NCBI GenBank assembly: GCA_964035545.1
Contig: OZ037766.1
Location: forward strand, 28,999,673-29,063,672
From: Bugula neritina
Lineage: Eukaryota > Animalia > Bryozoa
Direction: 5' to 3'
DNA: 64,000 nucleotides
Below the pieces are notes generated by a model, which worked only from the letters and a program-made list of their open reading frames with translations, was not told the DNA's origin and made no database searches. Below, piece after piece: positions 39,626 to 60,560 of this stretch. Position numbers and translations under genes: made by a program. Numbering within the stretch: position 1 is the stretch's first letter; each line of letters opens with the position of its first letter.

Positions 39626-41034
39626 TAACCATTTACATATAAAACTTGTTTCTTAAAAACTGTCGGAAGTGCTGTGATGGATTTTGGAGTTTTCCTTTGA
39701 TTTCATATTATTTAGCCTTAGAGTGATATATTACTTATCTTTTTTGGTCTCTTTTCTTTTTGTGCACTGTAAACCAAAGTTCACTTGAAGATCGGTAGAA
39801 TATTCTGGAAGTCAGAGGAGCATCTGATTTCCAGAGTGTATAAGGAGGCGAACTCACAGTGTAGTCAGTCTACAGCTGGAGCTCATCAGAGAAAGACCCA
39901 CTACAGATATTTCTACCTTCAATAAAGATTCTCATATACCTTACAGGACACTCTCTGCTTCTTTATTAAATGCAAGGAGTTATGATCTCCACTTAATTAT
40001 TTCCAAACCCACCAAATTACTACAGTGTGCTTGAAAATTTCCTAAACGGTTTTTAACATTTAAACTTTTAATCAAATTATGCAATAAAATCGTAAAACAT
40101 ACATCCAGGTAATTTTATTCAACTGCATGTATCTTTCTAAATATTACATTTGCGTATTACATAATAACTGTGTAGAACATATGCATCTATGTGTATTTAT
40201 ATTAGACTGTATATTGAGGTATTCAGTTGAAGAAGGAAGTTCCTAGTTTAGATCAGCTCATAGAATACCTAATAATCATCAGTATGTAGTCACATTCAGT
40301 GTTATCTGATTCAATCATCAGTTCTGAGTACAAGTTTATTATCAGAATAATAGAAATATTTTATTTTTTTCACATAAACTTTTGAACATTGATTTCAGGT
40401 ATGCTTTTCTTTTATGTTCTTTCTCATGTAATTAATTTCTTTGTTGGTAAGAATTACCAGAATTTAATTTATAACAATAATATTAGCTATGAGTTTTGAA
40501 AAGCCTCTGTAATTTCACATAACCATTGTACTGTCGTAAGTTTACAATCGGTTGGTGCTGAGTAAGTGAAATCTAAAATGTTGAATTTCCAATGAAATTA
40601 ATAGTGGAATAGGCTGTGTTCTTTGTCTAAAATCTAAACAACCACTATTTTAACTTTGAACCGTCAAGCTATTTGAGAAAAGCTAAAAATTCAAGAGCTC
40701 TTTAGTAGTTATATGATTTGTATGCCTGGGCCTATAACCGTGTAAATTAATAAGAAGAAACTAAAATGTATAAGTAGTTCATTTCAATAATTTTTCGATT
40801 TTTGCTACTTTTATTTGTGGTACTAATTTAATAAAATCTTCACTCTTACATAAATAGAATTCTAGAAAATAGTTTGCAATATGATTATATGATTGGTTTA
40901 GCCACTCAAGAATTTGGCCAATAAAATGATGTGCTTACATAACAATATACGTTAGATGAGAAAAAACAGTTGTAGCATAATACACTTATCTAGTTTTAAA
41001 AAAAGATTTTTTACTTTTGTCATCACAAAGCTGT

Positions 41035-47193
<6,159 letters not shown>

Positions 47194-48664
47194 GTGTTTA
47201 ATAGTCTTCAGTCAATTAACACGATATTCTGGTATATAAACAAGCTAGAGAATAATTTCCCCTGAAGTCAACAAAGTGTATTGTAGAAACCACAGCATCA
47301 TTCCAGATAAAAGCTTCCAAGCTAGACGCAAAGCTTTTCACACTGAACTATTCATTTAGTTTTGCATAATATATGTATTCTATATGTGGAGTTTGGTTTT
47401 TGGGAAGCGTCTAACTAGGAAGCAATTATCTGGGATGAAACTGACGCCACTTCTATATAATATAGTAGAAAAACTTTATTACATGTTTATGCATAAAGGC
47501 TAGATTATTGTCTCCAATCGTTCTGAGTATTTGGATTTATGTAACATATTTTTGTCGTTCTAACTTTTTCGTAAATTTAATTTGTTCTTTTCATTTAAAT
47601 ACAGTCAGTCTCAATGTTTGCAATAATACAAAGTTGTTATTAGTACAAGGAGAAGGATAACTGATGATATTGTAAATGTGTACAGTTGTATATTTAAAAG
47701 AAAGACAAGCTGTACAAAAACTACAATTGCTTTATATAAACAAGACAAACCTCTTTCAACAGTCTTCATCTTTGTGTCATTCCCTGTGACCGTGTGATAG
47801 TCTCTAAGGTTTGCCAAAAATATGTATAATAGATATTCTATAGTGAAGCTGACACAAAGATCTGATTGGCTAGTCTGTCCAAAATTCAGCAACAAATTAA
47901 ATAGCAGAAAAAAATTGGAACGCGGTTACTCCAGTTACATATATTAGCCAATCAATGGAAGGTAACTTCAATGAATGCACAATTGTTGTAGATTGAGTAT
48001 TAACATTAATGTCTCACAAAAGCCTTGAATCTAATAAAAAGTTGTAACTCCTCAACTCAACTTTATATATATATATATATACACAAAGTGACCATAACTC
48101 CTTAACTAGACTCTATATATACATACAAGGTGACCATAACTCCTTGACTACACTCTACATATTCATACAAGGTGACCATAACTCCTTGAATATACTCCAC
48201 ATATTTATACAAGGTGACCATAACTCCTTAGCCACACTCTACATGTTTATACAAGGTGACCATAGATCATAAATTCCTTGCTATTTCACCATAACTTCTT
48301 GTCTAAATAATACATATGGATTGAATAGTGGTATAACAACTTACAGCGTTGAGAATGTGTTATAGTCACTGAATTTTTTTTATATTTAATTTTCCAAAAA
48401 TAACAAGTTGAACTATATTAATTACCACTGTAACTAGTAAATTATATTTCTATATACACAGGGCACAAACAGTCATGGGGACTTATAAAATAAACTGTAT
48501 ATCTTAAATAAACTAGTTTTTGAAAATTTTACAGATTATATATAATTTTAATTGCTAGTTTGTCATTAATTAGTTCAATGGAAATGCTTTTTCCTTATTT
48601 TTTCAGTTGCATTTCAAGCTGATATTATGTCGAAGCTTTGGAAATACTAATACAAATAATATTA

Positions 48665-48696
48665 CAAATACATATACATATACGTATACGTATACG

Positions 48697-48740
<44 letters not shown>

Positions 48741-48755
48741 CACATATACATACAC
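48665..48755. repeat. Short (CATATA)n microsatellite
   Basis: Same left flank (AAATACTAATACAAAT) as 30405 and 38890. Confidence 0.9.
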
Positions 48756-49331
48756 CAAATATTACATTTGTATGTTACGTAATGACAGTGTAGAACGTAT
48801 GTATATAAAATCCAGGTGCTTCTATTAGACTGTATATTGAGGTATTCAGTTGAAGAAGGAAGTTCCTGGTTCATATCAGCTCATAGAATGACTAATAATC
48901 ATTAGTATTCAGTCACATTCAATGTTATCTGATTCAATCATCAGCTCTCAGTACAAGTTTATTATCAGAATAATAGAAATATTCTATTATTTTTATGTAA
49001 ACTGATGTATACTTATTTTAGGTATGCTTTGCTTTTGTCATTTCTCTTTTACCTGAATATTTTTATGAAAAGCATTACCTGCATTTACTTACTAGCAGCA
49101 TAGCAGCTGCTTTATTTGCTTTTTTCTATGAAAACTAAAATGCTTTACAATAGAAATATATTACACTTTTTATTGTGACTAAAGTTATGGATAATGTTGT
49201 GGCTGAGATAACATTTTGTGTAACATAAAATGATATATTCTGATGAAGCAGTGAAAAATTGAAAACAAGTGTCACATACTATATTGTTTACAAGTGATAA
49301 AATTGTTGCACTTTTACAGTAGCAAGCCTGC

Positions 49332-50390
49332 TTATTTAGAAAAAACCACACAAGTTAACTGTTTCTTGTCATAATATGGTGGACAGTGTCCAGTAGTTCC
49401 ATACCCAGAGCAATCAGTTCTGACAAAGAAAAACAGAGCTCCATTTGTGTCATCACTCAGTCCTGTTATGTACTCAGGGTATTCATCTACACACTCATAT
49501 GTCGCTGGTTTATAATTATGTCTCGAACTCATATAAGGTATCCTGAAAACACAAGCATATAAAACATTTAAAGGAATTGTAGGCATGGGCTGTTTCTGTG
49601 TGCTTAAAGCTGTCAATAATGAAACTATAGTAGTTGATATTATGTAGTATAATCACACCATGGTCTATACTACCATCTCTTATACATACATTTCTAATTA
49701 TCAGTACCTTCATATTCCTTTGTCCACCTAGTAGGACAAAATCTCTCAGCTGGAATCATCATAAGAGCTGGTCTGTTCTCTGTATAACATCTGGCACATT
49801 GTACATTCTGGTCATATGAGCTGTATTAGGGAATATTCCATAATGTCTTAGAGATTGATATTTTGCTCTGCCCATCAAAGAGCCAGAAAAATCATCACCA
49901 GTGTCAACTCTGTTGTATTGTGGGTCAGGGGGCATACACTAGTAGTTCACTCCACCTCCAGTGTGGTTATAGTATGATCCTCCAGCAAAGCCTGTATGTT
50001 TACAAGCGTAAAAACATAACGTGCTTGTTAAAAACAACAATGTGCACTAGTGTGTGGGTGTGTGAGTGTGTGAGTGTGTGAGTGTGCGAGTGTGCGAGTG
50101 TGCGAGTGTGCGAGTGTGCGAGTGTGCGAGTGTGCGAGTGTGCGAGTGTGCGAGTGTGCGAGTGTGCGAGTGTGCGAGTGTGCGAGTGTGCGTGTGAGCG
50201 TGTGAGCGTGTGAGCGTGTGAGCGTGTGTGTATGTGTGTATGTGTGTGTGTGTGTGTGTGAGTGTGTGAGTGTGTGAGTGTGTGAGTGTGTGTGTGTTAA
50301 CACCCAACCTTTAATTAATAAAGTTGATTCTGCAATGCAGCATATAGTTCTTCCCCATCTTGTACAAACAGCACCTTCTTCAACTTCATC
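49332..50390 (-). pseudogene. Truncated short-chain collagen copy G (exon 4 remnant, exons 5 and 6)
   Basis: Exon 5 (49708-49991) has TAG at 49939-49941 and a 2-nt insertion near 49815. Exon 6 (49332-49542) has a 2-nt insertion and the last Cys is Phe. EEGAVCTRWGRT remnant at about 50345-50385. No exons 1-3 found. Confidence 0.88.
50050..50297. repeat. (GAGTGTGC)n/(GT)n repeat
   Basis: Direct reading. Confidence 0.95.
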
Positions 50391-51481
50391 AGATGGTTAA
50401 ACCACTGCTTAAACTATGAATAAATAAACCTATAAAATATACCTAAACTTGCTTAGCAGCCCCAACCCGTGAGCTATTGAAATATATTAGCACATTTAAA
50501 TAGCTAAAATATTAACAAACTAACTGGTAACTTTATCATGTTTGTGGAAAATCGTTTTAATTACTTCAAGGTAGTTGATTAATATGTATGTGGTTATGTG
50601 TATGTATACGCATGCTCGGATCTGGATATGTGTGCACATAGGTATAAATGTTGCAATTGCTAAGTCAGAACAAATGCTTTGAAAGATATTTTCGAAAACA
50701 CACGCTATAAATTAGAGGGGGGAGCATAAGTTAAATTGAATGTATACATTTTGACAAGTACAATAAGTTGTATACTTGTAACACTACGCAAAGTTAGCAG
50801 AGAAAAGACTGAATAAACAAAATCATAAAACATAGCTGAGGGCTAGAACATTTTTAAACTCGTTTGTTTCAATGACTTAGATATATAATAAGCCTTTATA
50901 TATTCCGATGCATAAGACTGCCATTATTGGATGTTTTAAAGTGGCTAGTTTAGGTAATGCACGGACTACATTCTATAAAAATTAAAGTAGCTCAGGTGTA
51001 GTATTATGATTGAGGATGAAGTAGATTATATTTTGTTAACGAACACGAGCGAGTATAGTATTTAACATGGCGATAACGTTATTGAAAACTTGAAGTAACC
51101 TTGATTTAATAACATTATAACCTCGTACATTATAATACAACATCAAGATCAACATGCAGATTTACAAAGCTCAACCACTTTATGCTTCAAGAGATTTTTA
51201 ATGAGGAATTTAGTGCAGAAAAATGTAAATGTTTGTCCAAAACCTTTTACATATTGGCCTAACAGAGTGAGTAAGTCAGATATAACTGAAACTTGCAAAT
51301 AGTACAATAAGTTGAAAATTTATTGTGTTTTGCAATTTAATTAGTTTTTTGACACCAAATCATTTAAAAATGTTATTCTTACAAAAAGCTCTATATAATA
51401 AAATAAAATAGAGGATATTAATCTTTGATTTAAAAGTCTTACAGCTCTTTGGTATTAGATTGAAAAACCAACGGTAATATA

Positions 51482-52785
51482 GGGGTAACGGGGGCACAAC
51501 GGTCATAGGGGTACAAAAAGCCGGCCAAATTGTGAGAGAACTTATTAACTTAGAGTTGTGATTTTTTTCATAAAAAGATATTGACATACTTAGTTAGCCT
51601 TTGTAGTTTCAACACTTGCGGAACATACGTGTTGAAAAGGCGAGTAAAAAACTGTTTTTACCTACTTTTAGTAAATTTTTTAGGACGTCGTTAAAGCCTC
51701 ATAACTTTTTACACTCAAAGGCAAGAAGCCTAGATTTTAATAATATTGTTGCCATTGCTTGTCTCTACAATGCTTAACTAGTATAACAGCAAACACTGAA
51801 ATAAATTTTCCTTGAGGCACATTTATTCTCAATTTGGCCACACGGGGCACAATGGGCCACGCTAACCGGAGCACAATGGGCCACCTGATTATTGCACCCT
51901 GATCACTGTTATTAGTTTGTTTGCCTAAAAAGTTGGTTGAACTGTTACTAAAATCTATAGATATAGCCATTTCTGACATTTTTGTAAAATATCAAAAACA
52001 TCATGGTAAGACTACAAAACTACAAGTTGAAGCTCCCCTAATATATACATCTGGTGAGGTTAAAGCTTTGCAATTTTATACATAATACAAAACACTCTGC
52101 TGTTGCTACTAGTAGATAGTCATGATAATCATTATATATTACACCATTGAGGGAATATACATGTATTTGACTGAAATAAATTGTAATTTGCTCATTTGCT
52201 CCCCCTCTCCCCTCCGTACTCCAGTCACAAACCTCAGTCATGCATGCAACTTAGCTACAGTTCATAGAAAAAAGTCTACTCGGATTTTTGTAGTACACGT
52301 TACTAAAGTTTTTTTTGATAAACGTTGCTCTGAAGTGAAAATAACAGAATATTTTTAGTTCTAAACAGTAATGATAATGGCACTGCAGAACCGAGTGACG
52401 TGCGTTTGATTTTGCCTTCCTCTGCTAACCGTAGTAACACAAACTGTACAGCTAAAACATGAATTTTGCTGTAGATCTGAAAGAGTATCTTTATTTATTT
52501 GTAATATTAAATAAATAAAGATCAGATGTAACAAAATATACGCAAAATTTCAATATATTTGTTGTGTCCCATTGTACCCCGGTACCGGGGCACAATGGGC
52601 CGATTTTTTCGTCGTGAACATTTCATTATTCTGAAAGTTGTGAGAGAGATAGAAACAACAAACTGATACCTGTAATAGACAACAGATGCAGCATTAAGAC
52701 TAGAGATTATTGAACTAGTAACTTGAAAAACAGACAAATGAGAGCAACGAATGCAAAATTCGGCCCGTTGTGCCCCCGTTACCCC
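51482..52785. mobile_element. Non-autonomous TA-targeting DNA transposon (pogo/Tc1-mariner-like), about 1.3 kb
   Basis: TIRs GGGGTAACGGGGGCACAACGG / CCGTTGTGCCCCCGTTACCCC flanked by TA. Internal repeats of GGGGCACAATGGGCC. No transposase ORF. Superfamily assignment is inferred. Confidence 0.8.
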
Positions 52786-53620
52786 TACTATACTTATTTA
52801 GAATTATAAAAATATCATTCCACTTTTGTCATCATAAAGCTGTCCATTTAGAATTTATAATTTAGATAACAGCCTTGTGCTTAAAAATTTCCAAAGTATT
52901 TATTTTTTACATTTAAATTTTTAATCACATTATAGAATAAAATTGTAAAACATACACCAAGGTGTTTCTATTCAACTGCATATATGTTTTCCCAAAATAT
53001 ATATAACATTTGTATATTACAAAATGACAGTGTAGAACATATTAAATGTACATCCAGGTGGCTCTATATATCAACTCAGAATTTTTTTCTACAACTACTC
53101 CACAAATTGTGACATATGTATTTGTTTTGATAAAAGACAAATTTAGCCTTTGTGTTTTAATGCACAGTACTGCCGTTATTGGATGCATTAAAGCTCAGTG
53201 CATATTCTATGAAATCAAAATAAATCAATTAATATAAACAAATTCACATGGCTCAACAACTTTCTACTTCAGGAGGTCTTTAGAAATCATAGGCTTTTTG
53301 AGGCCTCGGCCTATAACAGGCTAAATCAATAATCAAAAATTAAAATATATGAATATAGTTTGTTTCCACAATTTTCTGTTTTTTTAAGCTTTTATTTGTA
53401 GTATACTAAGTCAATAAAACCTTTAATCTTACAAAGACTTCTGCAAAATAGTATAATATAGTTGTGAGTAGTTCAACCACTCAAAATTTTGGGCAATAAA
53501 ATGGTGTGCTCATAACATATATAGTAGTTAATGTATATCAGATTAGAAAAAAGCAATTACAACATACTACACTTATTTATTTTTATGAAAATTAATTAAA
53601 TTTTGTCATCACTAAACTGT

Positions 53621-53724
53621 TTATTTAGAACAAACTACACAAATAAGTTGTCTCTTATCATCATATGGTTGACAGTGTCCAGTAGTTCCATGTACAACTA
53701 GCTCTGATGAAATAGAACAAAGCT
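53621..53724 (-). pseudogene. Degenerate, internally deleted copy of the last exon
   Basis: Reads ..GTTGHCQPYDDKRQLICVVCSK* about 200 bp downstream of the stop of gene H. Confidence 0.8.
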
Positions 53725-53925
53725 ATGTTATAAGTATCTTTCTATTAATATTAAATACTTATCTGAACGAGCAAAATAATTATTTAGGATGATCTTTAGC
53801 ATTGCATTTCGTGCACTCATTGAGTAATTCAAGTCATAGTTGAGCATATAAAGGTTATTAAAGGTTAAAATATTTAGCAGTTAAATACTAGTTGAATACA
53901 TAAGTCTTTTTTGATTAGACACAAA

Positions 53926-56641
53926 TTATTTAGAACAAACAACACAAGTAAGTTGTTTCTTGTCATCATATGGTGGACAATGTCCAGTAGTTCCCTTTCC
54001 AGAGCAATCAGCTCTGATAAAGTAGAACAGAGCTCCCTCTGTATCACCACTCATCCCATTGATATACTCAGGATCTTGATCCACACACTCATATGTAGTT
54101 GGATGGCCATGGTTGCAATGAGCAGTCATTAAATATCCTGAAATACAACTTGAATGTATTATATTGACTCTTAAACTGACAAGTTTAGCAAACCATCTTT
54201 CATTTGTTAAATTTCTGTTTATTTGTTTTAAAAAAAACTAAAAAGATGCTATAATAGCAGTATATTATGCAGACAAAGAATTTATGCCATATTAGTGAGA
54301 ATTCAAAGTCATATTTTAAAAAAAGTGATTTTATAATGTCGATTACCTTCATACTCCTTAGTCCACCCAGATGGACAAGATCTCTTAGCTGGAATCATCA
54401 TAAGAGCTGGTCTGTTCTCTGTATAACATCTGGCACATGGTACATTCTGGTTATGAGCTGTACTGGGGAATATTCCATAATGGTAAGATTGATATTCTGC
54501 ACCATTTATCAAAGAGCCTCCACCATAGCCACTGGTGTAGACTTTGTTATATTGTGGGTCAGGGGGCATACACTGGTAGTTAACTCCACCTCCTGTGCTA
54601 TCATAATATACTCCACCAGCAAATCCTAAAACAATAAAATTATTGTGTTAGTATATTGTGCATGTGTACATATAATTAGTAAACATTACTTAATCAGTTT
54701 AAAACCTAATAAGTTTCACTTTGTGTGTAGTAATACATTTTTACCAGCAATTTCATGGTGATTATTGATATTGTCATATTCTTATTAAAAACCTGCTCTG
54801 TGATGCAAAATAATAGTAATCTAATTCACCTTCATAAAGTAAAGTTGATTGAGAACCACAAGATTTTCTTCCCCATCTTACATAAACAGCACCTCCTTCA
54901 ATATGTGACACATTGCCTGGAGCACCTTTTACTCCTTTCATGCCAGGAGCACCTTTTATTCCTATAGGACCAGCTGCACCTGCAGCACCTTTTGCTCCAG
55001 GATTCCTATCCTTCCCAGCTGCACCTGTAGCGCCTTTTGTTCCATTGACACCTGGCAAGCCAGAAACACCAGGTGACCCCAAATCTCCTTTAGCTCCTTT
55101 AGACCCAGGAGGCCCTGCTGGACCTCTCAATCCTGTAAGTCCGAGACCACCAGGTAATCCATCTCTCCCTATTTATAAGACCGAACCATAAACAATTGAA
55201 TAATAAAACACAAATTACTTATTGGATCGTCTGAAAGGCTTTTTTATTCTAATAAAAATGTCGATTGTGAGAATTGCTTTATTGCTTTCACCATCACGGC
55301 CGTTTGCACCATCTTTTCCATCTTTACCATCTCTGCCATCTTTACCATTTTCCCCATCCTTACCATCTTCCCCATCTCTACCATCATCTCCATCTCTACC
55401 ATCTCTACCATCTTTACCATCTTTACCATCTTTACCAGCAACACCTCTAACTCCTAATACACATTGAAAACATATGATGACAAAATTAGGAATAGAGCTT
55501 TTTAATATTCTACATGTGTTAATACATATAGCACCTTTATTGTGGAAATATACATGCCCTTGCAACAGCAGCAAGGAGTTATACAAAATTAAAATATTAA
55601 AAACAGCCACAGCGCTGTAATATCCATTCAAATATACGTGTACACACACTTTGTACAATTAAACATACAAACACTTACATCTAAGTATTCTCTATCTGTC
55701 ATTCTTTGAAATACAATATAGCCTACAGTGCTTGGTAGTGGTTGAGCTAGCTAGTATAATATTATTGGTTGTGATATAAGCAGTAGAAGTCATATTAGTA
55801 GCATCAGTACAAGTAGTGTTGGTAGTAGCGGTAATGGTAGTGGCAGCAGCAGTGGCAGCGGCAGTGATAGTGGCAGTAGTGGCGCCAACATGGGTATTTA
55901 TAGATTGTTAAAGTGAGGTCTTTACCAAAAATGCAGATCTGTTCTAGCAAACTTGGAAGCTCTTCTCCCTCGCTTTCTCCAAAGTTTTCCGTTTTAGGCA
56001 ATTCTCCAGTCAGCAACTTAAAAAGCAAGTTGTAGCAGAGCTGTTACTTTATACTTACATCTACTCATTGAGTACATTATTATTTGAATGCATTGTATGT
56101 ATATTATTGTATTGTATTGCATGTTATTGTAGTAAATAAAATAGCAACACTGCACACACGAAGTTTTTATGGAGTATTCAACTCTAACTCTGACAAATAA
56201 ATACAAAATTTAAATGTTTGAATTATTTTCTGAGTAAAATTTATTCTTATTTCAACAGAGTTCCAGGCACTTCCAGAAAACAACTAGAGCTACTATGTAG
56301 TTCAAACTTACAGTTTTGAGTAAGGAGTAAACTGTTGCTTGAAGTTCTTTATTAGTTTGTTGTTGAATCTTGGATTCCTGCTGTTGAAGCTCTAACTCTT
56401 GCAGTAAAGATTTATCTTTTAGCTGTAAAGCTTCCACTTGTTGCTGTAGAACTACACTCTGTTGCTGTAAAGCTATAATTTGTTGCTGATGCGTTTCATT
56501 CTGTTGTTTAAGAATGACTTCCAATTTTTCCTGTTGTTCTGCCAGCAACTCTCTAACACCCTCTACATCATAACTTCCAACACTATCTGAGTATCCAATC
56601 AGAAAACAGAGTGTGATCAAAATTACTACTGGAACACGCAT
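53926..56641 (-). CDS. Short-chain collagen C4/spongin-like protein, copy H ('MRVPV' type, about 470 aa)
   Basis: Exons 56312-56641, 55926-56016, 55292-55453, 54830-55168, 54347-54625, 53926-54137. Confidence 0.9.
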
Positions 56642-58320
56642 CTTCGTATTCACTCAGCAAAACTTTATAAATCAAAACACAAGGAGACACTGAAACTGTT
56701 TATAACACTCTCTTCTTAGAAGCTGCTTCTGTAAAATCCGTCCATTTATGTCTATCATACTATGATTATGAACAGAATTGATACAACTTTTATATTCACA
56801 AGGAGCCAATGATCAAGTCACATCTATTAGCTGGACCCAGCTGCTGCGTATAATCAATCTCTCTACTCTATTCAGTTTGCTCATGAGATAGAAATAAGTC
56901 TTTTGTTACATTGTTATAAAATATACATTTTATTGTCATTTAGTTTTGTACTGTACCTATTACCTTTCAAAAGTGATATGCAGTTTCTTTTTTGATATAA
57001 GTTGAATAATTTGCTTTTTAATTTTTAAACTGCAAATAGTTGTTCAAAGATTTTGGTTGCTTATAGGATCCTTATATACATTGTTATTGTTTACTATCAC
57101 TATATTGTTATTGTTTAATGATATTATAGGGCTACTATGGTTTTCATTTGGCTAATTTGCTATTTTCTGGCACTTAGTGATGCACTCTATTTTTGATTAT
57201 GAATGTTGTCACTAGCTTTAAAATTTTGTTTTGCTCATAGACTATGTACCATAACTAGCTGCACATTAAACTTACTATTTTTATAAATTAATCTAACCAA
57301 CCTAAACTTAACTTACCCCGTTCAACTTTGGTGTAACGCGGAAGTTATTAGAATTCCCTTTGGCTAACATCAGTATTTATATCTCTTAAAAACTCAACAT
57401 TCCGATGTTATCATCACATAAAAATAATTCAGTTTAAGAATTTTTTATAGACTGTATTATACATAAAGGTGTTTTTATTAGCCTGTTATATATTGAGGTA
57501 TTCAGTTTAAGAAGGAAGTTCCTAGTTCATATCAGCTCATAGAACAACTAATAATCATCAGTATTCAGTCACATTCAGTGTTATCTGATTCAATCATCAG
57601 TTCTGAGTACATAAGTTTATTATCAGAATAATAGAAATATTTTATTCTTTTTATATAAAATCATTTAAACTAACTTTAGGTATGCTATGTTTTGATTTCA
57701 TTGCTCTTGTGAATAAATTTTTTGATGGTAGGAATTAGTTGCATTTAATTTGTAACCATATCATGCAGTTGCGTGTGTTTCACGGCCTTCACAATACTGC
57801 ATACCATGACACTTGTACGGTCATCAGTGTACAATAAGTGGATGCTGAGTTAGTGATTAGTCTAAATGTTATATTACAGATAAAGTTTCTGGTTAAAGAG
57901 GCTGCATATTCTATGACATTGTCCAAGCTGGAACTCATAGGCAAAGACTATATGATCAAATAAGAACTTTTCCACACTCATACTAATATTTTACATTTGT
58001 GCAGTCGATCACAATTCTACTTATTTTTTAGCATATAAGGCTTAATTTATAATACTACTTGCTATTCAAAATATGCTTAATTCACCACATTGTCATATGT
58101 TACCATATTACAGTTGACTGCTAGAAGTAGATTTAGAATCAAGCAAACACTTGCATTGGACTTCATTTCAATTTGCCACTATATATGCACCTGAAATAAT
58201 TTGCTTGCTTGCGCTTTAACTTCTTGCATTGAGTTAGTGCTTTATCTATAGGTGTAAATACTTCCTAACTTTGTTCCAGCTTGGCTACAGAGTCAAGATA
58301 TTCAAAAGTAAGTTTATACA

Positions 58321-60560
58321 ATGTCTAATATTGCCAACACAGAGTTACCTGACATACAACAACATATAGCCACTGAATGTTGTACGATTGAGTTCGCCGA
58401 TGACTCAGACCCGTTACAGAGCCCGGGAGACCCAGTCACTGAGTCTGCAGAACAAATCGGTTCTGGACAGTTAAACAGATCTTTAGAAGTCAATGACTCT
58501 ACGTCCATGTCTATAGAGATTAAAAGAAAGTATAAATTTACTAGCAGTACCTCTATCACGCCGGTCTCGGCCAATGAGAGAGCAGAATTTAAAGTGACCG
58601 CTAAAGGGGTAAACAAAGCTACAGCTAAATGTCGTATAGCACCCATGAAACAACAACTCAAGATTCTTCAACTAGAACTCAATGCGGCCGTATTATCAAA
58701 GAGAGGCAAACAAGTTATCGAGACTGAAATGCGCTATGAGTTTGAGAAAGTTTATCAGCTTATAGATTCTGAATCGGTGCTCAAGATGCTCCAAAAGAAG
58801 TCAAAAAGGTTTCATGTTTACGAGGGTGTACGCATTGGAGAAATTCAGGAAGCAACCAATGGGGATATGAGCTGCTGCCACTGGGCAAGTGGCAAGGAAA
58901 ACACGGCAGATTGGTTTAAAAGAGGGAACCCTGTCAATGACATTGGACCTGCGAGTGAATGGTGGAGAGGCCCAAATTTTCTCTATCTGCCGGAAGATCA
59001 ATGGGATATAAAATCGCCATCTGACTCAAATGAGCTTGTCTTTGGAGAGAAGAAAATAGTTTACACCGTGATTGCATCAACAGAAGTCCAATCATTTATT
59101 CAATATAAAAATTTCAGCAGTCTCAAGAGTCTAACATAGACAATAGCTCAAGTTCGCAACATCTTCAAGTACAAAAGTTTTAAGGGAATCCAACCTGATC
59201 TCATCACTGTGACAGATCTATGGCAGACCAAACTCTACTTCCTGAAGCAGGTACAACGCACTATAGATTCTGAGTTGAACAAGATTAAAGGGAAATATAC
59301 AAGACTTCACCCCATTAAGACAGAGAGTGGAGTATGGATAATAGGCAGTAGACTCCTAAGGCATAACCCCATGATAGCGATTAAAACGCACATGCAATCA
59401 ACCCTTCCCACCACTCACTATACTTTACCTACTTGGCAATGCGGCAGGCACATACAGACAGCTATCACCGTGGCCGAGATGCAACACTCGCAAGATTCCG
59501 AGAAAAGTTTTGGACTGGCTCTGGTAAATACAGTCTCAGATGACTTCTGGCAAAAGTGGACCGAATTGTATGCACCCACACTGATTCATCACCAAAAGTG
59601 GCATACCCCAAGACGAAACTTTCAGGTGGGAGATGTTGTAGTTGTTATGGATCCAAATCAGTTGCATAATCAGTATAAACTAGCTCGAGTACATCAAGTA
59701 TATCCGAGCAAGGATGGCGTAGTAAGGAAAATAGCCCTTTCCTACAAAAAAGCTATAAGGTAGCAGGAAAACTGAGGGACTATGTAGGCTGTAAAGACAC
59801 TATCATAACCCGCAGCATGCATAGGTTGACTTTATTAACTGAGGTGAACCCATAAATGACTGATCTACCTTCTTGGCCGTGTGTACGCTCGTGTCGCTGG
59901 AGGGGGTTTGCATTCAACCGTTTTTCGGGGGACGTGCTGGTGCGCGGAGGGGTCAGCGGATTGGTGCAAGAATTTCATGGTCTGTGACTGATCTTATTTT
60001 GTTTTGTTTGTTTTGATTTACATAATTTATCAATATTTGTCAGAATAGTATCCGCCAAACAATTCGACCCCACCGATGTATTGGTATGCCACCCAGATGT
60101 ATTGGCAGGCCGCCAATCATTAAAGCTTTCAGGCTTTAAAGCTTTCACCAAAGCTATTATTAGCTGGCAGGGCTAGTGCTATAATTCACTGTACTGCATG
60201 AGTCAGTGTGTCATGATCAAACCGTCAGAGAGGAGCATTTTTAGCATTATACGATTAACACACAGTTAGACTCCAATATTTACACTCTTTGTGAGAATAG
60301 ACTATCGGTTTTGGCATTGTGATGGCTAAGAAGTTTATCTATGCATCAATATTGCAAGTTTTATTAGAATTATAATAGATCATATCAATTTGTTTGGTTC
60401 TGTAATGTTCATGGTGTTTCTCTGACTTTTGATTTATATTGTTACTACTTACTTATACAATTTCTATTTTTTCCCATTTTTCTAGGGTACGGTTTGAGAG
60501 TAAATAAACTTGAAAACCTGTTGCCAAGTTGGCTAGTAGTTAAAGTAAATCATTCAACCA
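58321..60560 (+). mobile_element. Internally deleted BEL/Pao LTR retrotransposon remnant
   Basis: BEL/Pao motifs AKCRIAP..LELNAAVL, ENTADW.KRG, WWRGPNFL, integrase Zn-finger fragment HRGRDATL..FW, and C-terminal FWQKW..KW..VGDVV. RT and integrase core are missing; stops and frameshifts present. PPT GGAGGGGG at about 59899, then a probable 3' LTR (about 59909-60560, end uncertain). Confidence 0.8.
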
